Made by a program: the position numbers and the translations under genes
NCBI GenBank assembly: GCA_963662275.1
Contig: OY759316.1
Span: 832,001-896,000, forward strand
Length of the DNA stretch: 64,000 bases
Direction of reading: 5' to 3'
DNA from: Candidatus Cloacimonadales bacterium
Lineage (GTDB): Bacteria > Cloacimonadota > Cloacimonadia > Cloacimonadales > DAONDQ01
Part shown: positions 20,038-30,135 of the stretch, piece after piece
Layout: each line of letters opens with the position of its first letter
How positions within the stretch are numbered: the first letter of the stretch is position 1
The notes under the pieces: generated by a model
Seen by the model: the letters and a program-made list of their open reading frames with translations, nothing else
Database searches by the model: none
Told to the model about the DNA's origin: nothing

Positions 20038-20718
20038 ATGAATATCATCCAAATCAAAGATCTGAGAAAAGAATACGACATGGGGAAAGTATCAGTTATT
20101 GCTTTGAACGGTGTGGATATGAACATTGAGCAGGGGGAATTCGTAGCGATTATGGGTCCTTCTGGTTCGGGTAAAAGTACTTTAATGCACATTATCGGTT
20201 GCCTGGATAGTCCTACGACTGGTACCTATTATTTGGACAGCAAGGAAGTCAGTAAGCTTTCAAAATCAGAACTGGCAGCAGTCAGAAATAAAGAGATCGG
20301 GTTTGTTTTCCAGACCTTCAATTTGCTTCCACATCTGAATATTATGTTAAATGTCGAACTTCCTCTCATGTATGCTGGATTCAATCGGGTGAAAAGAAAA
20401 ACACGTGCCCGTGAGGTCTTGGAATCCGTGGGACTGAGTGATCGATTGAACCACAAGCCTTCAGAGCTTTCTGGAGGACAGAGACAGCGTGTTGCTATTG
20501 CACGAGCGATTGTTAATCATCCATCGATCATTCTTGCTGATGAACCTACAGGAAACTTGGACAGTCAATCCGGTACCGATATTTTAAGCATATTTTCTGA
20601 TTTGCATAAAGAAGGACATACGATTATCATGGTTACACACGATCTTGCAGTCTCACAATCCGCAGACCGGGTCATCAAGATCATTGATGGAAGGATAGTC
20701 AATGGCGATCTCGCTTAA
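20038..20718 (+). CDS. ABC transporter ATP-binding protein (MacB/LolD family)
   Basis: GPSGSGKST, LSGGQRQRVAIARA, ILADEPTGNLD, VTHD. Confidence 0.95.
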   Translation: MNIIQIKDLRKEYDMGKVSVIALNGVDMNIEQGEFVAIMGPSGSGKSTLMHIIGCLDSPTTGTYYLDSKEVSKLSKSELAAVRNKEIGFVFQTFNLLPHLNIMLNVELPLMYAGFNRVKRKTRAREVLESVGLSDRLNHKPSELSGGQRQRVAIARAIVNHPSIILADEPTGNLDSQSGTDILSIFSDLHKEGHTIIMVTHDLAVSQSADRVIKIIDGRIVNGDLA

Positions 20719-21931
20719 GGAATCCATTATCGTTGGATTCTCAGATTTCTGGTCTCGTAAGATCAGGAGCCTGGTCACCATCACCGGGATTATTTTGGGT
20801 ACGATGTCTATCATCGTTGTTTTAGCCATCGTGAACGGGGTTAATAAAAGCACTTTGGCTTGGATGTCTGAACGAGGAGGACTGACTAAAATTGAAGTAG
20901 GAAGGAATTGGCAGTATGATGAACAAGGTGTGGGGAAAAGATATTTTACGTTACGTGAGTTAAATTTCATTCATTCTAAAATTCCTGAAGTTATTGCCTT
21001 TAATCCTCAGATGGAAAATTATGGCAAATATAGAAACGGTAGTAAAACATATAGTGCACAAATTATTGGGGTTTTACCCGATTATGCCATAGCAGAGGAA
21101 TGGACAACAGACCAGGGGAGATTTATCTCGAAGTATGATGAAGACTTGAGTAATAATGTTGTTGTCCTGGGTACGGCAACGAAAAAAGCACTTTTTGGAA
21201 GTAGAAACGCCTTAGGTGAATATATTTCTATGGGAAATCTTCAATTGCGAGTGATCGGGATCATGAAAGAAAAGATATTTAAGCAGCCTGGAGGGGGCTT
21301 TGGGGGTGGAAATATGCTGGAATACCTGAATTACCAGACATTTATTCCCTTGAGTACGATGATTCACAAAATCACAGGCCAGGATCAATTCGAAAGTTTC
21401 AGCGTAAAAGTACCTGATCCTGAATCTGCAACAGAGATTCGACAGAAACTGGAAGCATTACTTCTTAATTTACGTAATGGAAAACCCATATTTGAAGTGC
21501 AATCTGCCCAGGAACAAATGGAATCCATGAAAAAGAACAGTTTCCTTTTCCAGGTCATTTTCTTCCTGGTAGCCTCAATATCACTCATGGTTGGTGGTAT
21601 TGTGATTATGAATATCATGCTTGCTACGATCCAGGAAAGAACACGTGAGATAGGCATCAGGCTTGCTGTTGGCGCTCGAAGGATAGATATTTTCCTGCAA
21701 TTCCTTATTCAGACAGTTTTAATCACAACTATCGGTGGTATTCTGGGAATTGCCATCGGCTTTGCTATCCTGAAATATGTAGGTAAATTCCTGAATACTG
21801 TAGTCGCAGCTTCAGGAACAATGGTCTTGGTTGCTTTAATCGTGTCAGCAGGTGTTGGCTTGATATTTGGTATCTTTCCAGCCATACGTGCAAGTAATAT
21901 GGATCCTGTTGAGGCTTTACGAAATGAATAA
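20702..21931 (+). CDS. MacB/FtsX-like ABC permease
   Basis: TM1, large periplasmic domain, 3 TM; VGGIVIMNIML..ERTREIGIRLAVGA..DPVEALRNE. Confidence 0.93.
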   Translation: MAISLKESIIVGFSDFWSRKIRSLVTITGIILGTMSIIVVLAIVNGVNKSTLAWMSERGGLTKIEVGRNWQYDEQGVGKRYFTLRELNFIHSKIPEVIAFNPQMENYGKYRNGSKTYSAQIIGVLPDYAIAEEWTTDQGRFISKYDEDLSNNVVVLGTATKKALFGSRNALGEYISMGNLQLRVIGIMKEKIFKQPGGGFGGGNMLEYLNYQTFIPLSTMIHKITGQDQFESFSVKVPDPESATEIRQKLEALLLNLRNGKPIFEVQSAQEQMESMKKNSFLFQVIFFLVASISLMVGGIVIMNIMLATIQERTREIGIRLAVGARRIDIFLQFLIQTVLITTIGGILGIAIGFAILKYVGKFLNTVVAASGTMVLVALIVSAGVGLIFGIFPAIRASNMDPVEALRNE

Positions 21932-23000
21932 AATTATTGTGAAAATCAACAAGAAAATCTTAGGCTCAATATCAGATGTATTATGTTACATCACAGACCC
22001 TGATCGGGGCTTGAGTGATGCCAGGAAAACCTGGAAATTCCTCAAACTCTTCTATGTAAAGGCTGCCCAGGAAAAGGTACTTTCAGTGGCAGCAACGCTG
22101 ACATATATTACTTTGCTGGGGTTTATTCCTTTTTTAATTTTTGTGTTTTATTTACTTCCCTTACTTCCCTTTCTAAATTTTCAATCACGCTTGGAAGATA
22201 TCATTTTCAAGAATTTCCTGCCCACTTCTGCAAACCAGGTTTCCATCTATCTCAGCCAGATTATGGAAAAAAGAGTTACTTTCAATATAGTCAGCTTCGT
22301 TGCCATGATGATTACTTCTTATTCTTTGTTCAGGGTGATCAGTAATGCCTTTGACAGAGTGCTTCTCCCCGATATTGAATATAAAGCGGATAAGATGAAC
22401 CAGGTGATGCGTTTTTTCGGAACCATCATATTTGGTTTTATTATCACACTTGTTCTATTTTCTTCCACTTCCATCCCTCTTATTTCGGGAATCCTACAAG
22501 TACCTTTCTTAAATTCTGTGGCGACCTATCTCATTCCATTTGTCGCTCAATTTCTTATCATTTTATTCCTCTATTTATTTATGCCGACGATTAAGGTGAA
22601 AAGATCTGCCCTGCTAAAAGGTGCGATTATAACCACGATTTTCTGGATACTGGGAAAAGTCTTATTTGATTACTATATTACGAATCTGACCCATTACAAA
22701 GCCATCTATGGAGTCTTAGCTCTAATTCCGATATTCCTGTTCTGGATGTATGTGAATTGGGTCATCATACTCGGGGGAATTGTTTTGGTTTCAATATTTG
22801 AATACAAGGATCAAGCTATTTTGAATCGTGCTGAAGTAACGAAGAGAATCCGAATGACTCTTGAATTTTATGTCGATGAAAAATTACGCAGTAAATTAGA
22901 GAAGTTCTTCCCGGATAAGGACGTACTCAAATTGCTGAAAGCATATGAAAAGGCTGGCAAAAATGATAAGAATGAGCAAGATGATGAATCCAAAGAATAA
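21924..23000 (+). CDS. YihY/virulence factor BrkB family membrane protein
   Basis: AATLTYITLLGFIP; YKAIYGVLALIPIFLFWMYVNW. Confidence 0.88.
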   Translation: MNKIIVKINKKILGSISDVLCYITDPDRGLSDARKTWKFLKLFYVKAAQEKVLSVAATLTYITLLGFIPFLIFVFYLLPLLPFLNFQSRLEDIIFKNFLPTSANQVSIYLSQIMEKRVTFNIVSFVAMMITSYSLFRVISNAFDRVLLPDIEYKADKMNQVMRFFGTIIFGFIITLVLFSSTSIPLISGILQVPFLNSVATYLIPFVAQFLIILFLYLFMPTIKVKRSALLKGAIITTIFWILGKVLFDYYITNLTHYKAIYGVLALIPIFLFWMYVNWVIILGGIVLVSIFEYKDQAILNRAEVTKRIRMTLEFYVDEKLRSKLEKFFPDKDVLKLLKAYEKAGKNDKNEQDDESKE

Positions 23001-24519
23001 AGCGTTAATCAGTGTTAGTGACAAAACCGGAATATTAGATTTTGCATCTGCTTTAGTAAAACTGAACTATGAGATCATCAGCACAGGCGGTACTGCTAAT
23101 ATACTGAGAGAAAATGGAATTCCAGTGACAAATGCAGCAGAGATCACAGGTTTCCCTGAAATTATGGATGGAAGAGTCAAAACACTGCATCCCTTTATCC
23201 ATGGCGGTATCCTGGCAGACCGGGATAAACCGGAGCATCTACGGATTGCAGAAGATATGGGAATCGGTTTGATCGATGTGGTGGTTGTCAATTTGTACCC
23301 TTTTAAAACGACTTTACAGAAAAAGAACGTCTCAGAAGAAGAAATTATTGAGAATATAGATATCGGTGGTCCTTCCATGATAAGGGCTGCTGCGAAAAAT
23401 TATAAATATGTCTCGATATTGACAGACCCGCAGGATTTCACAGCTTTCCTGGAACAGATGAATACTATTGGCAACACCAGCCTGGAATTTCGTAAGTATC
23501 TAGCTGCAAAAGCATTTACGCATACTGCTGATTATGATACGCATATTGCATCTTATTTCAACAAAGACTTGGCAATACCGGAATATCTGCAATTATCCAT
23601 GCCTTTATCCATGACGATGAGATATGGTGAAAACCCGCATCAGTTGGGTTCTTATTATATTGATGACATGCATTCGTGTATAAAGGTGCTGCATGGTAAA
23701 CTACCTTCCTATAATAATTTCCTGGATATAGATGCTGCGCTTCGATTGATCGTGAATTTTGAACACCCTTCAACAGCTATCCTGAAACATACAAACCCTT
23801 GCGGTGTAGGCTCTGATGAAGATCTTTTTGCTTCCTATATGAAGGCATTTATCACTGACCCAACTTCTGCATTTGGGGGAATTGTTGTTGTGAATCGTTC
23901 TTTAGACATGAAAACCGCAGAATACATCAATAAGATATTCACTGAGATCATCCTGGCACCTGGCTTCTCACCGGATGTACTAGCATTCCTGATGAAGAAA
24001 AAAGACAGGAGACTCATACAGTACGATCCATTGCAGGTGAAGGAACTGACGCATCAGAAAACAGTGCAATCCTGCCTGGGTGGTGTACTGGTTCAGCAAA
24101 TCGATTTGGGGCATGATAAACCGGAGGATTGGAAAGTGATGACCAAACGGCAACCTTCGGAAAAAGAAATGGAAGCTATGATCTTCGGCTGGAAAGTCGT
24201 TTCCATGTTGAAATCCAACGCCATCGCTTTTACGATTGCAGAAGCGACCGTCGGTATGGGAACAGGGCAAATGAGCAGGATTGATTCTCTGAACATAGCT
24301 GCCCAAAAAGCCAAAGAATTTGATCATGATATCTCCAAGTCAATTTGTGCCTCGGATGGATTCTTCCCATTTAGAGATAGCATAGAAGCTCTTCATAATC
24401 TGGGAGTGAAAGCAGTGATTCAACCCGGTGGTTCCAAATCTGATGCTGAAGTAATCAATGCCTGTGATGAATTCAATATAGCCATGATATTTACCGGTAT
24501 GAGGCATTTCCGTCATTAA
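22981..24519 (+). CDS. purH: Bifunctional AICAR formyltransferase/IMP cyclohydrolase
   Basis: ALISVSDKTG, STGGTA, GRVKTLHP, IDIGGPSM, RYGENPHQ, KHTNPCG, ASDGFFPF, RHFRH. Confidence 0.98.
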   Translation: MMNPKNKALISVSDKTGILDFASALVKLNYEIISTGGTANILRENGIPVTNAAEITGFPEIMDGRVKTLHPFIHGGILADRDKPEHLRIAEDMGIGLIDVVVVNLYPFKTTLQKKNVSEEEIIENIDIGGPSMIRAAAKNYKYVSILTDPQDFTAFLEQMNTIGNTSLEFRKYLAAKAFTHTADYDTHIASYFNKDLAIPEYLQLSMPLSMTMRYGENPHQLGSYYIDDMHSCIKVLHGKLPSYNNFLDIDAALRLIVNFEHPSTAILKHTNPCGVGSDEDLFASYMKAFITDPTSAFGGIVVVNRSLDMKTAEYINKIFTEIILAPGFSPDVLAFLMKKKDRRLIQYDPLQVKELTHQKTVQSCLGGVLVQQIDLGHDKPEDWKVMTKRQPSEKEMEAMIFGWKVVSMLKSNAIAFTIAEATVGMGTGQMSRIDSLNIAAQKAKEFDHDISKSICASDGFFPFRDSIEALHNLGVKAVIQPGGSKSDAEVINACDEFNIAMIFTGMRHFRH

Positions 24520-24524
24520 TTAAA

Positions 24525-24552
24525 TTGACAGGAACACCGGATTTTTAAACAT
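24525..24552 (+). promoter_or_regulatory. Putative sigma70 promoter for the tRNA
   Basis: TTGACA at 24525; weak -10 (AAACAT) at 16-nt spacing. Confidence 0.45.
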
Positions 24553-24631
24553 GCAATTCTGTTACGGAGATTATTAATGGGTTGCTGAACTCCGATTCGG
24601 CAATGCCACTATTATCATCCCGTACTTTGAT

Positions 24632-24725
24632 GGAGATGTGTCCGAGCTGGTTGAAGGAGCACGATTGGAAATCGTGTATATGCGCAAAACGTGTATCTAG
24701 GGTTCGAACCCCTACATCTCCGCCA
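24632..24725 (+). tRNA. tRNA-Ser(GGA)
   Basis: GGAGATG/CATCTCC acceptor stem, CACGA-TTGGAAA-TCGTG anticodon arm, long variable arm, GGTTCGAACCC T-arm, encoded CCA. Confidence 0.97.
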
Positions 24726-24732
24726 GATTTTT

Positions 24733-24766
24733 AAAGCCCGACTGATTTTATCAGTCGGGCTTTTTT
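24733..24766 (+). terminator. Rho-independent terminator of the tRNA; presumed intron target hairpin
   Basis: AAAGCCCGACTGAT-TTT-ATCAGTCGGGC followed by T6. Confidence 0.93.
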
Positions 24767-24784
24767 GTTTGCCCAGAATGTTTT

Positions 24785-26878
24785 CTGCGCCGATGGACTG
24801 GAAGAAGTCCTGACACCTAATCAGCGGGAAGTCAACTCGAGGTCAAGGGCGTTGCCGGCAACGGCAGGGTCTGAAGTAAGACGCAGAGGGAATATGGAAC
24901 ATAGCGCAAGTGAACTGATGTTGGTTTGTAGAGTGGGTAACCTTTCAAAAAGTGGGAAAGCCCGAAAGCTGGATATCTCTACAGATTATGACAGATGGCT
25001 TCATATTCAGGCAGGAGAACTTAACTGGGGAAGCCTGTTATTGTCTACTTAAGGTAGTCGTTTCGATCAAGTTGAAAGATAAGTGAGAAGCCAAGCGATA
25101 GCAGGTGGCAGATGATTCCGTAGTAGTGACAAACCTTTTGCCTATGAAAGCTGGTGACAGTCTGGAGGATAAAACAAAAGGGACAGCATTCACGGTAATG
25201 CTGAGGGCTGTATCTCAAAAGGATACAGTTCATGCGAAGGGATGAAGATAATCCAAAGGGATGATTTGAAATGTGGAAAGTAATCGATGAAAAGTGAGAA
25301 ACGAAGGAAGAAGCTGAAATGCTTCGAGGCTCGGTTTGACAGTGGTGACGAACTTCCTTTCAACCCCGACCGCACGAGACTGATTAGTCAGGCAAAGCTC
25401 AAAAGCAGCAGTTCTGTCATATTGCTATATGCTAAAGAAGGCAGGACACCCTGATGAAGAGACATTCATCCTCGATGAACACCGCAAAACGAATCACAAT
25501 GAGACAGGAAATGTCATGAGAAAATACTACAGCTTAATCGACAAGGTGTACTCCCTGCCCAATTTGTATGCTTCCTTTACTTCGGTGAAACGGAATAAAG
25601 GTGCATCAGGCATTGATGGGCAGAGTATAGAAAACTTTGACGAACAACTGGCAGTGAACATCAACCAACTTCACGACGAACTAATGGCAGGTACTTACGA
25701 GCCATCACCTGTAAGGCGGTTAGAGATACCCAAACCCAATGGCAAAATGAGACCGCTTGGCATTCCAACGGTAAGAGACAGAGTAGTGCAGCAGGCAATC
25801 CTGAATATCATACAACCGATATTTGAGCCTGACTTCCATCCGTCCAGTTATGGTTACAGACCGCATCGGTCTTGCCAACATGCCGTAGCGAAAGCTCAGC
25901 GTTTTCTTACAGCGTACAATTTGGGTTATGCTGTGAATATGGACTTATCCAAGTGTTTTGACACCTTAGACCACGAACTGATATTGAGCCGTCTGAACAG
26001 GAAAATCAGTGATGGTACATTGCTGAGATTAATCAGCCGTTTTCTCAAATCAGGAGTAATGGTCGATGGGGATTTCAAAGCTACTGAGATAGGCAGTCCG
26101 CAAGGTGGAGTAATCTCACCCTTATTGATGAATATCTATCTGGATGAGTTCGACCAGAGGATGAAACAGCGGAACATCAGGATAGTACGTTATGCTGATG
26201 ACATCCTGATATTTGCTCCGACCAGGAAAAAGGCAGAGCAATATCAAAGGATCGCGACAGCGATACTTGAAGAACTTCGCTTGCAAGTCAATCTGGAAAA
26301 GACTCATATCAGCAGTGTCGAAACAGGAATCAGCTATCTGGGATTTTTCATCAAAGGAAGCCGTGTCTGCATCGACAAGGAGCGTTTGAAACGTTTCAAG
26401 GATAAGATACGTAAGCTTACTCCCCGCAACAGTGGCATCCCAATATCCATGACGATAGGAAGCCTGAATCCTGTACTAAGGGGATGGGGTAACTATTTCA
26501 AAGTTGCGAGTTGTAAAAGCATCTTTGCGAGCCTGATGGAATGGATACGAAGGAGGCTTCGAATGAAGAAGATGCGTGAATGGAAGAGCTGGAAAGCATT
26601 CCATAAAGCAATGCGCAGACAAGGCTTCAAGGGAGAATGCCCAAAACTATCTATGACCAGATGGCGTAACGCTCAGAGCTTCCACTTATGCTTTGCCTTG
26701 CCGAACAAGTGGTTTGAAGAAATGAAGTTGTTTGATTTGACATCACTTCAGACAAGTGTTTTATTTAATTACTACGAGTAATTACAAGGATTATCAGGAG
26801 CCGTGTACGAGACCCGTACGCACGGTTCTGTGAGAGGGATGATGCTGGAATTAATTAGCCAGCATCACCCTACTCGAT
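24785..26878 (+). mobile_element. Group II intron, IIC-like
   Basis: Directly after a terminator; short DV GAGCCGTGTACGAGACCCGTACGCACGGTTC (26798-26828); DVI hairpin ending CTACTCGAT; RT lacks endonuclease; 5' end uncertain (24767 or 24785). Confidence 0.9.
25516..26781 (+). CDS. ltrA: Group II intron reverse transcriptase/maturase
   Basis: NKGASGIDG, RPLGIPTVRDR, SYGYRP, DLSKCFD, GSPQGGVISPLL, RYADD, LRGWGNYF; frame is open from 25429. Confidence 0.96.
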   Translation: MRKYYSLIDKVYSLPNLYASFTSVKRNKGASGIDGQSIENFDEQLAVNINQLHDELMAGTYEPSPVRRLEIPKPNGKMRPLGIPTVRDRVVQQAILNIIQPIFEPDFHPSSYGYRPHRSCQHAVAKAQRFLTAYNLGYAVNMDLSKCFDTLDHELILSRLNRKISDGTLLRLISRFLKSGVMVDGDFKATEIGSPQGGVISPLLMNIYLDEFDQRMKQRNIRIVRYADDILIFAPTRKKAEQYQRIATAILEELRLQVNLEKTHISSVETGISYLGFFIKGSRVCIDKERLKRFKDKIRKLTPRNSGIPISMTIGSLNPVLRGWGNYFKVASCKSIFASLMEWIRRRLRMKKMREWKSWKAFHKAMRRQGFKGECPKLSMTRWRNAQSFHLCFALPNKWFEEMKLFDLTSLQTSVLFNYYE

Positions 26879-26880
26879 TG

Positions 26881-27040
26881 CGTAAAGCAAGACGCCGATC
26901 TTGCTGTCTGCTCTTCGTAAAGCAAGATTCCGATCCTACTGAATATGTAGCATCCACTTAAGCGTGTGCATATTTTCCGCCAACCATGCAGAAAAGACCC
27001 CCCTACCCCCCTTATCAATGGGGGATGGAGAGCAGAACAG
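26881..27040 (+). repeat. Two REP-like hairpins and a C6-TA-C6 element downstream of the intron
   Basis: CGTAAAGCAAGA-nnCCGA-TCYTRCT twice; AGACCCCCCTACCCCCCTTATCAATGGGGGATG at 26995-27028. Confidence 0.78.
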
Positions 27041-27225
27041 ATTTCCTGTCATAAATCACACAAGCTATTATACATTTACCAGAAAAACACAAGTGAAGTA
27101 TTATATGTATTAATGGAAATATCAGAAAATGATGCTATACTAAAAAAAGAACTTGACTAGGATATAGTATTACATAATAAAAAATAAGTTCTATATTTGG
27201 ATAATAATCGATCAAGGAGGAGATT

Positions 27226-30135
27226 ATGAAAAAAACTCTATTTGTTCTTATCTTACTTACAGTTTCTATCTTTTTTTCTTTTCCAGATGCATGGGCATTA
27301 ACTGACAAAACTGATCATAATATGATTGTTAATCTGAATAGTAACAGAAATGATGAATTAAGAGATACGCAGAATTTCAACGTAACAGTTACCACAGACA
27401 GTATCACGGGAGCAGCCATATTTGCCGATGGCATTAATACCGGAGAAGTAACTCCCCACACATTTGTACTACCACGTAATTCAGATGTTACCTATACTGT
27501 TCAGAAGGATGGCTATATTTGTGCTTTGGCAGTAGGCTCAGATAGTAATGTCATCGTAAATTTAACTTCAAATAAAAACATCGTATTTAACTGTACCCAA
27601 ATATTCTATCAGGTTACTATCAACGCCAGTAATGTATCCAGTGCTTCCATCCTTGCCAATGGAACCAGTACAGGTGAAGTGACGCCCCACACATTTGTTG
27701 TGGCAGCATTAACAACAGTTACATACACAATACAGAAAGAAAAATATACCTGGGTATTAGCTAGTAGTTCGGATAGTAATATCATCGTCAATCTCGATTC
27801 TGATAGAGATATAGTGTTCGAAGGAATCCCCTCTTTTTATGTGACCATTACATCCGGTTTTAATCCTGCTGCTATGATCGATTCCAATGGCGTTTATACA
27901 GGATATCTTTCCTACCACAGGTTCTTAGTACCGAGAGGGAAGAATGTTACCTATACTTTAAGAAAGCAAAATGTAGCCTGGGCATTAGCTGATACTTCTG
28001 ACAGCAATGTCATTGTAAATCTCGATTCTGATAGAAATATCGTTTTTGAAGGGACTTTTGAAGCAGGATCGGGCGGGTATCTTATTGGTTGGGGTTACAA
28101 TGAAAAAAATGAAATACCTCCAGGTAATGATTTCATAGCTATATCTGGGTACCTTGCTTTACGGGCGAATGGGAAAATCGTTGATTTGGGTTATATACCT
28201 TCATATGGGGATTGGGATTTCTCCGAAGGTATGTGGTATCCTCCTGCTGATAGTGATTTCATAGCTGTTGTGGCAGCTATTATGACACAGAATCGTCTTG
28301 CTCTAAAAAAAGATGGTTCTCTTGTTGGTTGGGGTTACAATAACTACATTCAAAATGTTCCAACTGGAAACGACTTTGTGGCAATTGCTAATGATGGATG
28401 CTCTCTTGCTCTAAAAATAGACGGTTCAATTGTTGCATGGGGAATTTCAATGTACGATCTGCATGAAGTTCCACATGGAAACGATTTCGTAGCAATTTCC
28501 ATTTGTCGCGGTCTTCAGTCGTACGGAACTAATCTTGCCTTGAAAAGGGACGGTTCTTTGGTAGCCTGGCCTGTTTTACAACATACATCGGATGAGTACG
28601 GTTTGTTAAACGTACCTGCGGGCAACGATTTTGTCGCAATTACAGGTGGTGATGACTGCTTTATTGCTATACGATCAGATGGCTCACTGGTTGCATGGGG
28701 AGATACCAGCTATGGTAATTGCGATGTTCCTACGGGCAATGGTTATATAGCGATATATTCAACCATGGGAGAACATATTGCACTGAAATCAGACGGATCG
28801 CTTGTGAGAAGGGGATGGTTTAACCCTCTTCCCTATACTCCTCCCTATGGGAACAGCTATTTTGCGATAGGTGCTAGTATTGCAATTAGTTCAGTACCGG
28901 TACCTTATTCTGTCACCGTTTCAACAGGTGTATTAGATCCTTATGCTTTGGGTGCCCCGATAGCAATAATACTACCTGATTATCCTACAGAAGATAATTG
29001 GTATACTTACAACTTAGGTTATTGCACAAGTATTTTAATTAATGATATGATAACTAGTGCTGTACCACGTTATACATTTATCATTCCCCCACATACCAGT
29101 TTGACCTTCACAGTTAAAAAACCAGATTATGAATTCTGGTCTGTTGGAGATGACAATATTATTTTTAATCTTGAATCAGACAGAATGATCGTATTTAATG
29201 GCAGATTTCACTATCAGGATTCCCGATTTGAAATTTACGGAGATACCGGGTGTTATATCAATTTGTACAGTGGTGGATGGGTGGATTATATTTTTAACTT
29301 TCCCCCACCACCATATACACCTCCCAATGCTCTCGTTTTTGAGATTTTTGGGAGATCTGATTCGGGCAGAAGTAGTCTAAAAATTATCAGTCATGAAGGA
29401 AGCAAATACATCCTGATCTATTACAACGGTGCCTGGCACCAGGGAAATCCTTACCCTGGTACTCGAGTCACTTTTACCGATGTTCCAATTGGTACAATGA
29501 AAGGTGGTGGTATTCCCGTCATAATGTCTGATACAGACCCGACACTGCCTGTTGAATTATCTAGTTTCACGGCAGTTCAAACTTCAGAATGCTTCGTAAA
29601 TCTGCAATGGACAACTGAATCCGAAACACAGGTTCTTGGATTTAACCTATATCGAAGTGAAACCAGTGATTTGATCAATTCAATTCGTATCAACAATAGT
29701 GTAGTTGCAGCCACAAATACTTCTGAACAGCACTCATATTCTCTGACAGATGAGCAAGTAGAAATCGGTAAGACGTACTACTACTGGCTTGAAAACGTTG
29801 ATATGGATGGTACAAGCACCATGTACGGTCCTCATAGTGTCACAATAACCGAGAATCAAACTCCCATACTGCCTGTTGTTTCCCTGCTTAATAATGCTTA
29901 TCCTAATCCTTTCCATTTTGGCAGCAATGCAAAAATCAAAGTTGCCATTAAGGGAGGAGAAACAGGAACTATAACTATATTTAATATTCGTGGGCAATGT
30001 GTGAAGACCTTCCAGGTTGAAGAAGGTTTTCATACGCTGGAATGGGATGGGAATGGCTGTGCAAGCGGAGTCTATTTTTATAGATTAGTAACACCATCCA
30101 TCACTTCAACGAAGAAATTGCTTATTGTGAAATAG
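27226..30135 (+). CDS. Secreted modular protein: about 80-aa beta repeats, RCC1/BLIP-II-like propeller, PVELSSF domain and T9SS/FlgD-like CTD
   Basis: Signal peptide; repeats TG.VTPHTF..VTYT.QK..SDSN.IVNL; repeats ALK.DGS.VAWG..VP.GNDFVAI; AYPNPF..ASGVYFY..KKLLIVK. Confidence 0.82.
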   Translation: MKKTLFVLILLTVSIFFSFPDAWALTDKTDHNMIVNLNSNRNDELRDTQNFNVTVTTDSITGAAIFADGINTGEVTPHTFVLPRNSDVTYTVQKDGYICALAVGSDSNVIVNLTSNKNIVFNCTQIFYQVTINASNVSSASILANGTSTGEVTPHTFVVAALTTVTYTIQKEKYTWVLASSSDSNIIVNLDSDRDIVFEGIPSFYVTITSGFNPAAMIDSNGVYTGYLSYHRFLVPRGKNVTYTLRKQNVAWALADTSDSNVIVNLDSDRNIVFEGTFEAGSGGYLIGWGYNEKNEIPPGNDFIAISGYLALRANGKIVDLGYIPSYGDWDFSEGMWYPPADSDFIAVVAAIMTQNRLALKKDGSLVGWGYNNYIQNVPTGNDFVAIANDGCSLALKIDGSIVAWGISMYDLHEVPHGNDFVAISICRGLQSYGTNLALKRDGSLVAWPVLQHTSDEYGLLNVPAGNDFVAITGGDDCFIAIRSDGSLVAWGDTSYGNCDVPTGNGYIAIYSTMGEHIALKSDGSLVRRGWFNPLPYTPPYGNSYFAIGASIAISSVPVPYSVTVSTGVLDPYALGAPIAIILPDYPTEDNWYTYNLGYCTSILINDMITSAVPRYTFIIPPHTSLTFTVKKPDYEFWSVGDDNIIFNLESDRMIVFNGRFHYQDSRFEIYGDTGCYINLYSGGWVDYIFNFPPPPYTPPNALVFEIFGRSDSGRSSLKIISHEGSKYILIYYNGAWHQGNPYPGTRVTFTDVPIGTMKGGGIPVIMSDTDPTLPVELSSFTAVQTSECFVNLQWTTESETQVLGFNLYRSETSDLINSIRINNSVVAATNTSEQHSYSLTDEQVEIGKTYYYWLENVDMDGTSTMYGPHSVTITENQTPILPVVSLLNNAYPNPFHFGSNAKIKVAIKGGETGTITIFNIRGQCVKTFQVEEGFHTLEWDGNGCASGVYFYRLVTPSITSTKKLLIVK

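Noticed and set aside
24561..24625. SRP RNA or a known riboswitch
   Set aside because: Lacks the SRP domain IV motif and recognisable aptamer consensus; kept only as an unassigned hairpin
24765..25375. Short ORFs 24765-25052, 25045-25233 and 25190-25375
   Set aside because: They overlap the intron RNA domains and have no recognisable protein motifs
25451..25490. CTGATGA as a hammerhead ribozyme core
   Set aside because: No correctly placed GAAA or closing stems found
25429..26781. RT as DGR, retron or defence RT
   Set aside because: Maturase domain and DV/DVI directly downstream identify a group II intron; no Avd or msr/msd seen
24632..30135. Integrative island at tRNA-Ser
   Set aside because: No integrase and no repeated tRNA 3' end noticed in the window
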